Part shown: one piece after another, positions 56,184 through 64,000 of the stretch
Layout: every line of letters begins with the position of its first letter
Position numbering within the stretch: the stretch's first letter is position 1
DNA from: an uncultured Candidatus Entotheonella sp.
Lineage (GTDB): Bacteria; Tectomicrobia; Entotheonellia; Entotheonellales; Entotheonellaceae
Reading direction: 5' to 3'
Length of the DNA: 64,000 nt
Assembly (NCBI GenBank): GCA_965217185.1
Contig: OZ244252.1
Coordinates: 2,720,001 to 2,784,000 of the forward strand
Program-made: the position numbers and the translations under genes
Notes under the pieces: model-generated
What the model was told of the DNA's origin: nothing
The model's input: the letters and a program-made list of their open reading frames with translations, nothing else
Databases searched by the model: none

Positions 56184-57679
56184 GAGCCACTTGCAGAATT
56201 GCGTGTACGAGTGGGATTTTCTTTCTCCGTGTCAAGCACGGGGCAGGCTCTGGGGCTGATTGGTGGACATTGGGGCCGCTTTCTGATTCTGTTGAGTTGT
56301 CAAACAACCGAATCAGGAGGAACGACCCCAATGGCCTTACGTGAGATACTATCGAGTTACTGGTCTTGCTTTCAAGCGCTGCTGTTCCCGCAGCTTGAGG
56401 AAACGATCGGGGCGCTGGGGGAACGCCATCAGCGCTTCGTCATGGTGCTCGAATGGGTGCGGGTGGAAACGCTGCTGCCGTACCAGCACCGGCGTCGCGG
56501 CTGTCCGCCAAGTGACCGCGCGGCCTTAGCCCGCGCCTTCATCGCCAAGGCCGTCTTCGCGCTGGTTAGCACCCGGATGTTGCTTGATCGTCTGCGCCAC
56601 GACAGCACCCTGCGCCGGTTGTGCGGCTGGCGTAGCGTCAAGCACATTCCGAGCGAGGCGACGTTTTCACGTGCCTTTGCCGAATTTGCCGACAGCGCCT
56701 TGCCGAGCCACCTGCACGAGGCGCTGATCAAACGCACCCAGGGTGAGCGTCTGGCAGGCCATATTTCACGCGATTCGACGGCGATTGAAGGGCGCGAGAG
56801 ACCGACCCCGAAGGCGCCGCAGCCGGCCAAGCCGAAGCGGCGGCGCGGGCGTCCGCGCAAGGGCGAGGAGCGCCCCACGGAGCCGCGCCGTCTGGAGCGC
56901 CAGCGCAACATGACCCTGCCGGAGATGCTCGCCGACTTGCCGTACGCCTGTGACATTGGCGTCAAGCGCGACGCCAAAGGCTATCAGACGTCATGGAGCG
57001 GCTACAAGTTGCATATTGACGCGGCCGACGGCGCCATCCCGGTCAGTTGCCTGCTTACCTCGGCGTCGCTGCACGACAGCCAAGTCGCCATCCCGCTGGC
57101 GACCCTGACGGCGGAGCGAGTCCGCAACCTGTATGACCTGATGGACAGCGCCTACGATGCCCCGGAAATCCGCGCCCACAGCCGCGCCCTGGGTCATGTT
57201 GCGATCATCGACGTCAACCCCCGCAGCGGCGCGCGCAAGCAGGCGCTGCGGCAGGAGAGGCAGGCACGGCGTGCCTGTGGGTTGGTCCTGTCTGAGGAGA
57301 GACGTTACCACGAACGCTCGACCGTCGAGCGCGTCAATGGTCGCCTCAAGGATGAATTCGGAGGTCGCAGCGTGCGCGTGCGCGGCCATGCCAAGGTGCT
57401 GTGTCATCTGATGTTCGGGATTGTGGCGCTCACGGTTGATCAGTTGATGCGCTTGGTGACCTGAAGCTGGTCTCGCGGTCCCGTTTCCTCCATCCCGGCA
57501 CACGCTGCTGTCCTGTACGCAGGGGGGAGAGTTGCGTCCGCATCGCAAGACGGGAGCCAGAACTTGGCACCGCCATGGCTGAATTCGTGGCAATTGGAAC
57601 CACCGACGGCAAATGATTCACCGTACGGTCTCATGACAACCGCTCCGAGGCCAAACTAGCGGAGTTTTGCAAGTGGCTC
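56184..57679 (+). mobile_element. Insertion sequence (IS5/IS1182-like DDE), copy B
   Basis: IRs GAGCCACTTGCAGAAT (56184-56199) / GTTTTGCAAGTGGCTC (57664-57679); flanks AAGC/AAGT (imperfect duplication). Confidence 0.9.
56331..57464 (+). CDS. DDE transposase, paralog of 45820-46956
   Basis: AGGAGG RBS; PSEATFSR, SRDSTAI, GYKLH, MDSAYD, VERVNGRLK. Confidence 0.93.
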   Translation: MALREILSSYWSCFQALLFPQLEETIGALGERHQRFVMVLEWVRVETLLPYQHRRRGCPPSDRAALARAFIAKAVFALVSTRMLLDRLRHDSTLRRLCGWRSVKHIPSEATFSRAFAEFADSALPSHLHEALIKRTQGERLAGHISRDSTAIEGRERPTPKAPQPAKPKRRRGRPRKGEERPTEPRRLERQRNMTLPEMLADLPYACDIGVKRDAKGYQTSWSGYKLHIDAADGAIPVSCLLTSASLHDSQVAIPLATLTAERVRNLYDLMDSAYDAPEIRAHSRALGHVAIIDVNPRSGARKQALRQERQARRACGLVLSEERRYHERSTVERVNGRLKDEFGGRSVRVRGHAKVLCHLMFGIVALTVDQLMRLVT

Positions 57680-57860
57680 AAGTGGCTGATGATTGTCTCC
57701 GAAAACCGCTGGCAAGAGCGGCATGATGCCACACGCCACACCCGTGTTACAAGGCGGCGAAAGGGGCAGGGCAGCCCTGCATGGACACCACCTCGTGCAT
57801 CCCTTAAGATGCCGTCCCTCGTTACGATTCACCATCCTTTGGAAGACAAGGAGACGGAAA

Positions 57861-59369
57861 ATGGCATACTTTCTGAGTAAAGAGGGACTGGATAAACTCC
57901 AACACGCGGAGCAAGAGGGTTTCCGCTCCCCCATTCCCACCCGCATCATTTCCAACGGTGAGTTCGACCCCCTGCCGCAGACGGAACAGCAGGGGCGCTT
58001 CGAGGCCAGAATCCAGGACTTGGCCGATACCTATGGCAAGAAGCTGGGCATGGATCGGCGCGAATTTCTGCGCTCGAGCTGCGGCATGGCGGCGGCGTTC
58101 CTGGCGCTGAACGATGTGTTCGGACCGGTGTTCACGGTGGATCAGGCCGAGGCCGCCGACCCCGAGGTGGTGATGGCCCGCGCCAAAGGCTTGAAGCACC
58201 AGTTCATTTTCGACGCTCAGACCCATTTCGTGCGCGACGATTTCATGCACGAAGAGGCTCTGGGCCTGCGCAAATTTGCCGGCACGCACTGGAACCCGAG
58301 CAACGAGCTGCTCGACCCGGACCATCAGGAACTGTGGATGGTCAAATTCGAGAACTACGTGAAAGAGATTTTCGTCGACAGCGATACCGACGTCGCTCTG
58401 CTGTCGGGCGCTCCTTTCGACGATCCGACGTGGATCCTGGTTCACAACGACCAGATGGTGCGCGCCCGCAACATCGTCAACAGCATCAGCGGCAGCCGTC
58501 GCATGCTGAGCCACGCGGTGCTGCGGCCGACGCAAGCCGGCTGGGAACAGGAAGTGGACGAGGCCATCGAGGTGCACAAGCCGGACGCCTGGAAGATGTA
58601 CACCATCGGCGACCCGTTCGGCACCTCGAATTACCCCTGGCGGCTGGACGACGAGAAGCTGATGTACGGCACCTACGAAAAGATGGTGAAGGCCGGCATC
58701 ACCAACGTGGCGGTGCACAAGGGCCTGCTGCCGCTGGACTTCATGCAGAGCCGCGCCGATACCTGGCAGTACGCCACCCCGTGGGACGTGGGCAAGGTGG
58801 CGAAGGATTGGCCGCAGCTGAATTTCATTATCTACCATTCGGCGTGCCAGCCGTTCCTGGAGCTTCCCGATCCGCAGCTCGAGCTCTTCGAGCAGACCGG
58901 GGAGATTCGCTGGGCTTCCGACCTCGCCAAGATTCCCGAGGAATTCGGCGTGAGCAACGTGTACGCCGAATTGGGCACGGTGTTCGCCAACTGCTGCGTT
59001 ACGCACCCGCGTCTGGCCGCGGGTCTGGTGGGCACCCTCATCAAGGGCATGGGGGCGGACCACGTGATCTGGGGCAGCGAGGCGCCGTTTTACGGCTCGC
59101 CGCAGTGGGAAATCGAGGCGCTACGGCGCCTGGAAATTCCCGATGACCTCCAGCGCAAGCATGGTTTCGCGCCCTTGGGCGCCGCGGACTCGATGGTCAA
59201 GAACGCCATCTTCGGCCTCAACTCGGCCAAGATGTTCGGTCTGGACCTGCGCACTGCCCGCGGACCGATCTCGCAGGACACCTACTCGCAGATCAGGGAG
59301 GAATATCACCAGTCCGGCGGTTTCTACCGCAATCGTAGCAACGCCGCTTACGGCTTCGTGCAGGTTTAG
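57861..59369 (+). CDS. Amidohydrolase-2 family protein
   Basis: DAQTH, VHKG, YHS, WG.E..FYGSP, I.G.N.A motifs; AAGGAG RBS. Confidence 0.85.
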   Translation: MAYFLSKEGLDKLQHAEQEGFRSPIPTRIISNGEFDPLPQTEQQGRFEARIQDLADTYGKKLGMDRREFLRSSCGMAAAFLALNDVFGPVFTVDQAEAADPEVVMARAKGLKHQFIFDAQTHFVRDDFMHEEALGLRKFAGTHWNPSNELLDPDHQELWMVKFENYVKEIFVDSDTDVALLSGAPFDDPTWILVHNDQMVRARNIVNSISGSRRMLSHAVLRPTQAGWEQEVDEAIEVHKPDAWKMYTIGDPFGTSNYPWRLDDEKLMYGTYEKMVKAGITNVAVHKGLLPLDFMQSRADTWQYATPWDVGKVAKDWPQLNFIIYHSACQPFLELPDPQLELFEQTGEIRWASDLAKIPEEFGVSNVYAELGTVFANCCVTHPRLAAGLVGTLIKGMGADHVIWGSEAPFYGSPQWEIEALRRLEIPDDLQRKHGFAPLGAADSMVKNAIFGLNSAKMFGLDLRTARGPISQDTYSQIREEYHQSGGFYRNRSNAAYGFVQV

Positions 59370-59390
59370 TCGTCCAAGGCGATGACGGAC

Positions 59391-59434
59391 GGCGTTTGCG
59401 CGGGTGCTTCCCCGGTCCGTGCAAACGCCCTTTT
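59391..59434 (+). terminator. Intrinsic terminator
   Basis: GGCGTTTGCGCGG / CCGTGCAAACGCC stem followed by CTTTT. Confidence 0.65.
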
Positions 59435-59475
59435 GATCTGTACGGACAAGAGCTATCAGGAGGAAGACAGACCGT

Positions 59476-60816
59476 ATGACCGTACCCTATACGGCGCTGA
59501 ACGAGGCCGACCTCGCCGGCAAGACCTTGATCATGCGCGTGGACTTCAATTCACCCGTCGAGGAGGTGCACGAGGGCCTTGTGCTGCGGGACACGACGCG
59601 GATTGACGATCATCTGGATACGTCGATCATGCCTCTGTTCGAATTGCCCAGGCCGCCGCGCAACATTGTACTGCTGGCGCACCAGGGCCGGCCGGGAAGG
59701 GACGATTGCACGACGTTGTTGCCGCACTTCGTATACTGCCGCGACAAACTACGCTCGAAAGGAATTGAGACGGCCTATGTGTGGGAAGGGCTCGACAGCG
59801 AAGCCATCCGGCAACGGGGTGAAGCGGCGGTGGCGTCTGACGATGTATTGACGCGCATTCGCAGTCTGCCGGACCGCGCGGTGCTGCTGCTGGAAAACGT
59901 GCGCTTAAGCGAAGCGGAATCACGGGTGAAGGGAGACCAGCCGGCGGCTTTCGCCGATACGCCCCTGATCCGTATGCTTGCCGAGGTGGACAATCGCGTC
60001 GTGGCGCTGGACGGCTTCTCGGTCGGGCACCGCGCCCAGGCTTCGGTGGTGGGTCTGGCGGTCTTGGGACCACTCTATGCGGGGCCGGTCGTAATGCGTG
60101 AGATTGAGCAATTATCGCAGGCCCTGGAGTCGCCCAAAGCCCCCATGCTGCTGATCGTCGGCGGCGCCAAAGTCGATGACTCACTCAACAGCATGCAGTA
60201 TTTCCTGGAGCAGGGAAAGGCGGACACGGTCATCACGGGCGGGCTCGTCGGCTTGGTGTTGTTGCAGGCGCAAGGGATTCAACTCAACGGGCAGACGGAG
60301 GCGAACATTGCTGCCTCCACCCGTGACCTGCCGCAGACCCTCGCCAAGGGCCGCGCCTTGACAGACCGCTTTGGCGACAAGATCAGAGTGCCGGTCGACG
60401 TTGCCTTGGGGCCGCAGCAGGGATCTGCGGTGGAGCGAGCCGAGCTACCGGCGAGCCGGATTGATCGGAGCGACCCCCGCCACATCGGCGACATCGGTCT
60501 GCAAACGATCACGCGGTACACGTACGAGATCGCGCAGGCCAACACGTTGGTCATGAATGGCCCTATGGGCCGCTACGAATGGCCGTGTTTTGCGCGTGGC
60601 AACGAAGAAATCCTGCGCTATGCCGCCTATGCGGCGCAGGCGAGAAACGCCCGCGTTCTCGTCGGCGGCGGCGACACCGGGGCGTCGCTCGGGACGCTGC
60701 CCACGGATTTGGTTAGCCACGTCAAGGTATGCTCATCGGGGAAAGCGTTTCTGGAGGTGTTGGCGACGGGCACGGTGGAGTCGTTGATCGGCGTCCGCAT
60801 GCTGGCTCGTCGATGA
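59476..60816 (+). CDS. pgk: Phosphoglycerate kinase (divergent, archaeal-like motifs)
   Basis: RVDFNSP, AHQGRP, LLENVR, HRAQAS, GGAKVDD, NGPMG..E, GGGDT. Confidence 0.85.
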   Translation: MTVPYTALNEADLAGKTLIMRVDFNSPVEEVHEGLVLRDTTRIDDHLDTSIMPLFELPRPPRNIVLLAHQGRPGRDDCTTLLPHFVYCRDKLRSKGIETAYVWEGLDSEAIRQRGEAAVASDDVLTRIRSLPDRAVLLLENVRLSEAESRVKGDQPAAFADTPLIRMLAEVDNRVVALDGFSVGHRAQASVVGLAVLGPLYAGPVVMREIEQLSQALESPKAPMLLIVGGAKVDDSLNSMQYFLEQGKADTVITGGLVGLVLLQAQGIQLNGQTEANIAASTRDLPQTLAKGRALTDRFGDKIRVPVDVALGPQQGSAVERAELPASRIDRSDPRHIGDIGLQTITRYTYEIAQANTLVMNGPMGRYEWPCFARGNEEILRYAAYAAQARNARVLVGGGDTGASLGTLPTDLVSHVKVCSSGKAFLEVLATGTVESLIGVRMLARR

Positions 60817-60876
60817 AGGGCTCTCCGGCGGGCGCGTCAAGAGAGACGGCGCCTCGCCGGAGGGGTAAAGGTAGGA

Positions 60877-61350
60877 TTAATTGTCGCTCAGGATTTGCGG
60901 CCAATTCTCATCGGCCTTGGCGATGTATCCGGGGATGTCCTTTTCCCAGACCTTCTGGATCCTGAGGTTGACGTTCAGGTACAACTTGTCGCCGACAATT
61001 TTCCACGCCTGCGGGTCGATGGGTGCCGTACCCCCTTGGCTCACCGCGTAGGCGCACCAGCCGCCATACTGCGGCGCGTATTTCTCGGGGTCGGCCACGA
61101 ACAACGCCCTGTTGTCCGCGCTGGCAAAGTACCAGGTGGCGCCCATCCACGCGTAGCTGTGGGCACTCTTGCCCTTCAGCGGCTCGCCCTGAACGAAATA
61201 GGCCACCGGATCGTACCCCTTGATCGCCCACCCCAGCAGGGTGGAATTAACCGGCTTGACGGCCATGGCCGTTACCGGCGCCAGCACGCTGACAACGATC
61301 AGAATCCCAAGCGCCGCCAGCCAACCGTTCCTCTTTCTTAGCAGTGTCAT
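60877..61350 (-). CDS. Secreted YHS-domain protein
   Basis: AI.GYDPVAYF, P.KYAPQYGGWCAY, DP..W.I...KLYLN. Confidence 0.88.
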   Translation of the reverse strand: MTLLRKRNGWLAALGILIVVSVLAPVTAMAVKPVNSTLLGWAIKGYDPVAYFVQGEPLKGKSAHSYAWMGATWYFASADNRALFVADPEKYAPQYGGWCAYAVSQGGTAPIDPQAWKIVGDKLYLNVNLRIQKVWEKDIPGYIAKADENWPQILSDN

Positions 61351-61453
61351 ATTTTTCCTCCTTGTATCCGGCCCCCTTCATGGAGGCGCTCCCTTAAAAA
61401 CCGTTTCGCCTTGCAGGGAATTCCCTGACCAATTGTGCCTGCGGCTTTGAATT

Positions 61454-61816
61454 CTACGGCTCGTCGGCGAACTCGAACACCACCTCGCCGGGACGCACCA
61501 GTCGAAGTTCCTCGCGGGCAATCTTCTCGATGTATTCCAGGTCGTTCAGCAGACGCCAGATCTCACCGCGCAACTCGGCGTTTACTACCTCGATGTCGGC
61601 GATGTCGCTTTCCAGCACGGCGAGCTCGTGCTGCTTTTCCCACATGGCGAGGAAGCCCTTTTCGTTGTGGATGGCCAGCGCCATCATGCCCAGGATAAAG
61701 ATACCGCTGAGGATCAGGGCGATGCACAGCCAGGGCGTGGTGAAAATCTGACGTATGACGCCGCTCCTGAGGGCTTCGGAGTCCATGCCCGAGGATGTCA
61801 TCGGGGCGCCATGCAT
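61454..61816 (-). CDS. ftsB: Septum formation initiator FtsB/DivIC
   Basis: TM + coiled coil, YIEKIAREEL.LV.PGE. Confidence 0.85.
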   Translation of the reverse strand: MHGAPMTSSGMDSEALRSGVIRQIFTTPWLCIALILSGIFILGMMALAIHNEKGFLAMWEKQHELAVLESDIADIEVVNAELRGEIWRLLNDLEYIEKIAREELRLVRPGEVVFEFADEP

Positions 61817-61838
61817 CGTTGGTTTCCTCTAATTGAAA

Positions 61839-61871
61839 TGTCGGATTACGCCCGCGGCTAATCCGACCTGC
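61839..61871 (-). repeat. GTAG-type REP palindrome, copy 4 (variant loop)
   Basis: TGTCGGATTACGCCCGCGGCTAATCCGACCTGC. Confidence 0.75.
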
Positions 61872-61875
61872 ATTC

Positions 61876-63168
61876 CTACAGGCTCTGCAAGGCCGCGGCG
61901 CCGGCGCGCAGGGTAGCTTCGATGTCGGCGTCGGAGTGCGCCGTGGACAGGAAGCCGGCCTCGTACTGCGAGGGCGCCAGGTAGATACCGGCTTGCAGCA
62001 TGGCGGCGAAGTAGCGGCGAAAGGCGGGTACGTCGCAGGCGCTGGCGTCGTCGAAGTTGCGCACCGGCTTGGCGCTGAAGAAGAGCGTGAACATCGAGCC
62101 CAGGGCCGTGGTGTAGACCGGCACCCCGTGCTGACGGGCGGCCTTGGCGGTCTCGTCCATCAGATAGGCGGCGCGCTCGCCCAGGGCTGCGTAGGGCGGC
62201 TCGGCGCGCAGAATCTCCAGGGTGGTGATGCCGGCGGCCATGGCCAAGGGGTTGCCGGACAGCGTGCCGGCCTGGTAGATCGGCCCGACCGGCGACATGT
62301 GCTCCATAATCTCCCGCTTGCCGCCGTAGGCGCCAACGGGCAGGCCGCCGCCGATGACCTTTCCCAAGGTAGTCAGGTCGGGATCGATGTTATACAGCGT
62401 CTGCACGCCACCGTAAGCCACCCGGAAGCCGGTCATCACTTCATCGAGGACCAACAGCGCGTCGTGCTGGCGCGTCAGGTCGCGCAGCCCCTGCAGAAAG
62501 CCGGGCTCCGGTGGGACCAGCCCCATGTTGCCGACGGCCGGCTCGACGATGGCGCACGCCACCTTGCCGGAGTTCTGCTCCAGCGTCGCGCGCACGGCGT
62601 CAAGGTCGTTGAACGGCACGGTCAGGGTGTGCCTGGCGAGGTCAGCGGGCACGCCGGGGCTGTCGGGCATCCCGAAGGTCATGGCGCCGGAACCGGCCTT
62701 TACCAGGAGGCTGTCGGCGTGGCCGTGGTAGCAGCCGGCAAACTTGAGGATGCCGTCACGCCCGGTGAAACCGCGCGCCAGGCGGATGGCGCTCATCGTC
62801 GCCTCGGTGCCGGAATTGACTAGGCGCACCATGTCGATGGACGGAAACGCCTCGACGATTAACCGTGCCAATTGCACCTCGCGCGCCGTAGGCGCTCCGA
62901 AGCTGCAGCCCTCGGCGGCGGCGGCCTGAACGGCTGCCACGACCTCCGGGTGGGCGTGCCCCAAGATCATCGGACCCCACGAGCCCACGTAGTCGATGTA
63001 GGCATTGCCGTCCACGTCGTAGACCCGCGAGCCCTCGGCGCGTTGGATGAAGGGCGGCTGCAGGTTGACCGACTTGTACGCCCGCACCGGACTGTTGACG
63101 CCGCCGGGGATGATCTGCTGTGCCTGCTCGAAGAGCCCTGCGGAGGTGTCCATACGCCGATCCGTCAC
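61876..63168 (-). CDS. hemL: Glutamate-1-semialdehyde 2,1-aminomutase
   Basis: IPGGVNSPVRA, NSGTEATMSA, YHGH.D, DEVMTGFR, GK.IGGG.P; start may be 63153. Confidence 0.97.
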   Translation of the reverse strand: MTDRRMDTSAGLFEQAQQIIPGGVNSPVRAYKSVNLQPPFIQRAEGSRVYDVDGNAYIDYVGSWGPMILGHAHPEVVAAVQAAAAEGCSFGAPTAREVQLARLIVEAFPSIDMVRLVNSGTEATMSAIRLARGFTGRDGILKFAGCYHGHADSLLVKAGSGAMTFGMPDSPGVPADLARHTLTVPFNDLDAVRATLEQNSGKVACAIVEPAVGNMGLVPPEPGFLQGLRDLTRQHDALLVLDEVMTGFRVAYGGVQTLYNIDPDLTTLGKVIGGGLPVGAYGGKREIMEHMSPVGPIYQAGTLSGNPLAMAAGITTLEILRAEPPYAALGERAAYLMDETAKAARQHGVPVYTTALGSMFTLFFSAKPVRNFDDASACDVPAFRRYFAAMLQAGIYLAPSQYEAGFLSTAHSDADIEATLRAGAAALQSL

Positions 63169-63184
63169 AGCGCCATTCCTTTCC

Positions 63185-64000
63185 TTATGAGAGGTAACGA
63201 TCAATCAGCAGCCCCAAGCGCGCTCTGGCCGCTGCCGGAATCATGGCCGGGTCGGTAATCAAGGCATATTTCATGGCGGTGCTGCACGGGCATGCGCGCT
63301 CCCCATTCAGGGCGGGCGCGGTGTGCGCGATGATGTCCTGAGCGAGCTGCACGTTGCGCCGCAGGACTTCCAGGATGGCGCCAATGTCCACATCGCTGGC
63401 GCTGTCGTGCCAGCAGTCATAATCGGTGCACAAGGCCAGCGTAGCGTAGCACAACTCGGCTTCACGGGCTAGGCGCGCCTCGGGTAGGTTGGTCATGCCG
63501 ATCACGTCCACGCCCCACTTCCGGTAGATCTCCGATTCGGCGCGGGTGGAGAACTGCGGCCCCTCGATGCACAAGTAGGTGCCGCCGACGTGCACCGTGG
63601 CCCCGGCGGTGGCGGCAGCCTGCTGCAGCACTTGCGCCATGACGCCGCAGACGGGGTCGGCAAAGGCGATGTGCGCGACCACGTCGGTATCGAAAAAGGT
63701 GGAGACGCGCGAGCGGGTGCGGTCGAAGAACTGGTCCGGGATGACCATGTCGCCGGGGTGGATGTCCTCACGCATGCTGCCCACGGCGCTGACGGAGATG
63801 ACCCATTCGACGCCGAGCAGTTTCATGCCGTAGAGGTTGGCGCGGAAATTGATGGCGGACGGCGGGATGCGGTGGCCGCGCCCGTGGCGAGGCAGGAAGA
63901 CCATCTCCCGATCCCCCAGGGTGCCGAGTATAAAGGCGTCGGACGGCGCCCCGAAAGGGGTTTCGACCCGCTCCTCGCTGACGTTTTCCAGCGCCGCCAT
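63185..64000 (-). CDS. mtnP: S-methyl-5'-thioadenosine phosphorylase (5' partial)
   Basis: TPFG.PS, RHG..H, EGPQFSTRAES, GMT..PEA.LARE, TDYDCW. Confidence 0.93.
   Translation of the reverse strand: MAALENVSEERVETPFGAPSDAFILGTLGDREMVFLPRHGRGHRIPPSAINFRANLYGMKLLGVEWVISVSAVGSMREDIHPGDMVIPDQFFDRTRSRVSTFFDTDVVAHIAFADPVCGVMAQVLQQAAATAGATVHVGGTYLCIEGPQFSTRAESEIYRKWGVDVIGMTNLPEARLAREAELCYATLALCTDYDCWHDSASDVDIGAILEVLRRNVQLAQDIIAHTAPALNGERACPCSTAMKYALITDPAMIPAAARARLGLLIDRYLS

Noticed and set aside
61045..61075. YHS-domain protein as a selenoprotein (family has Sec members)
   Set aside because: The GGWCAY codon is TGC and the ORF is uninterrupted

Overview
GC-rich bacterial chromosomal window. The mix of F420-type oxidoreductases, TPR/Sel1 repeat proteins, TauD and sulfotransferase genes suggests a marine or sponge-associated lineage such as Tectomicrobia, but this is inference only. 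1-6239 is a type I-E CRISPR-Cas locus (cas8e partial, cas11, cas7, cas5, cas6e, cas1, cas2, leader, 4 repeats/3 spacers) whose last repeat is fused to a 5'-truncated TOPRIM-like gene. The rest mixes accessory redox/transport genes with housekeeping genes (rplU-rpmA-obgE-proB-rsfS, purF, radC, fabI, sufSU, argD, arfB, pgk, ftsB, hemL, mtnP). It also holds two related IS elements, four GTAG-type REP palindromes and a decayed oxygenase/sulfotransferase/P450 cluster. The main hidden signal is selenium recoding that the ORF track misses. (i) A two-domain rhodanese has an in-frame UGA in place of its catalytic Cys, followed by a SECIS-like hairpin. (ii) A linalool dehydratase/isomerase-like gene has UGA at BOTH predicted catalytic Cys positions (U-E-N-T-K-I-W-P-Q-U), each followed by a SECIS-like hairpin, although this copy also carries frameshifts. 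(iii) An oxidoreductase-SelD fusion lies in the same window. No selA/selB/selC, rRNA or tRNA genes were recognised.
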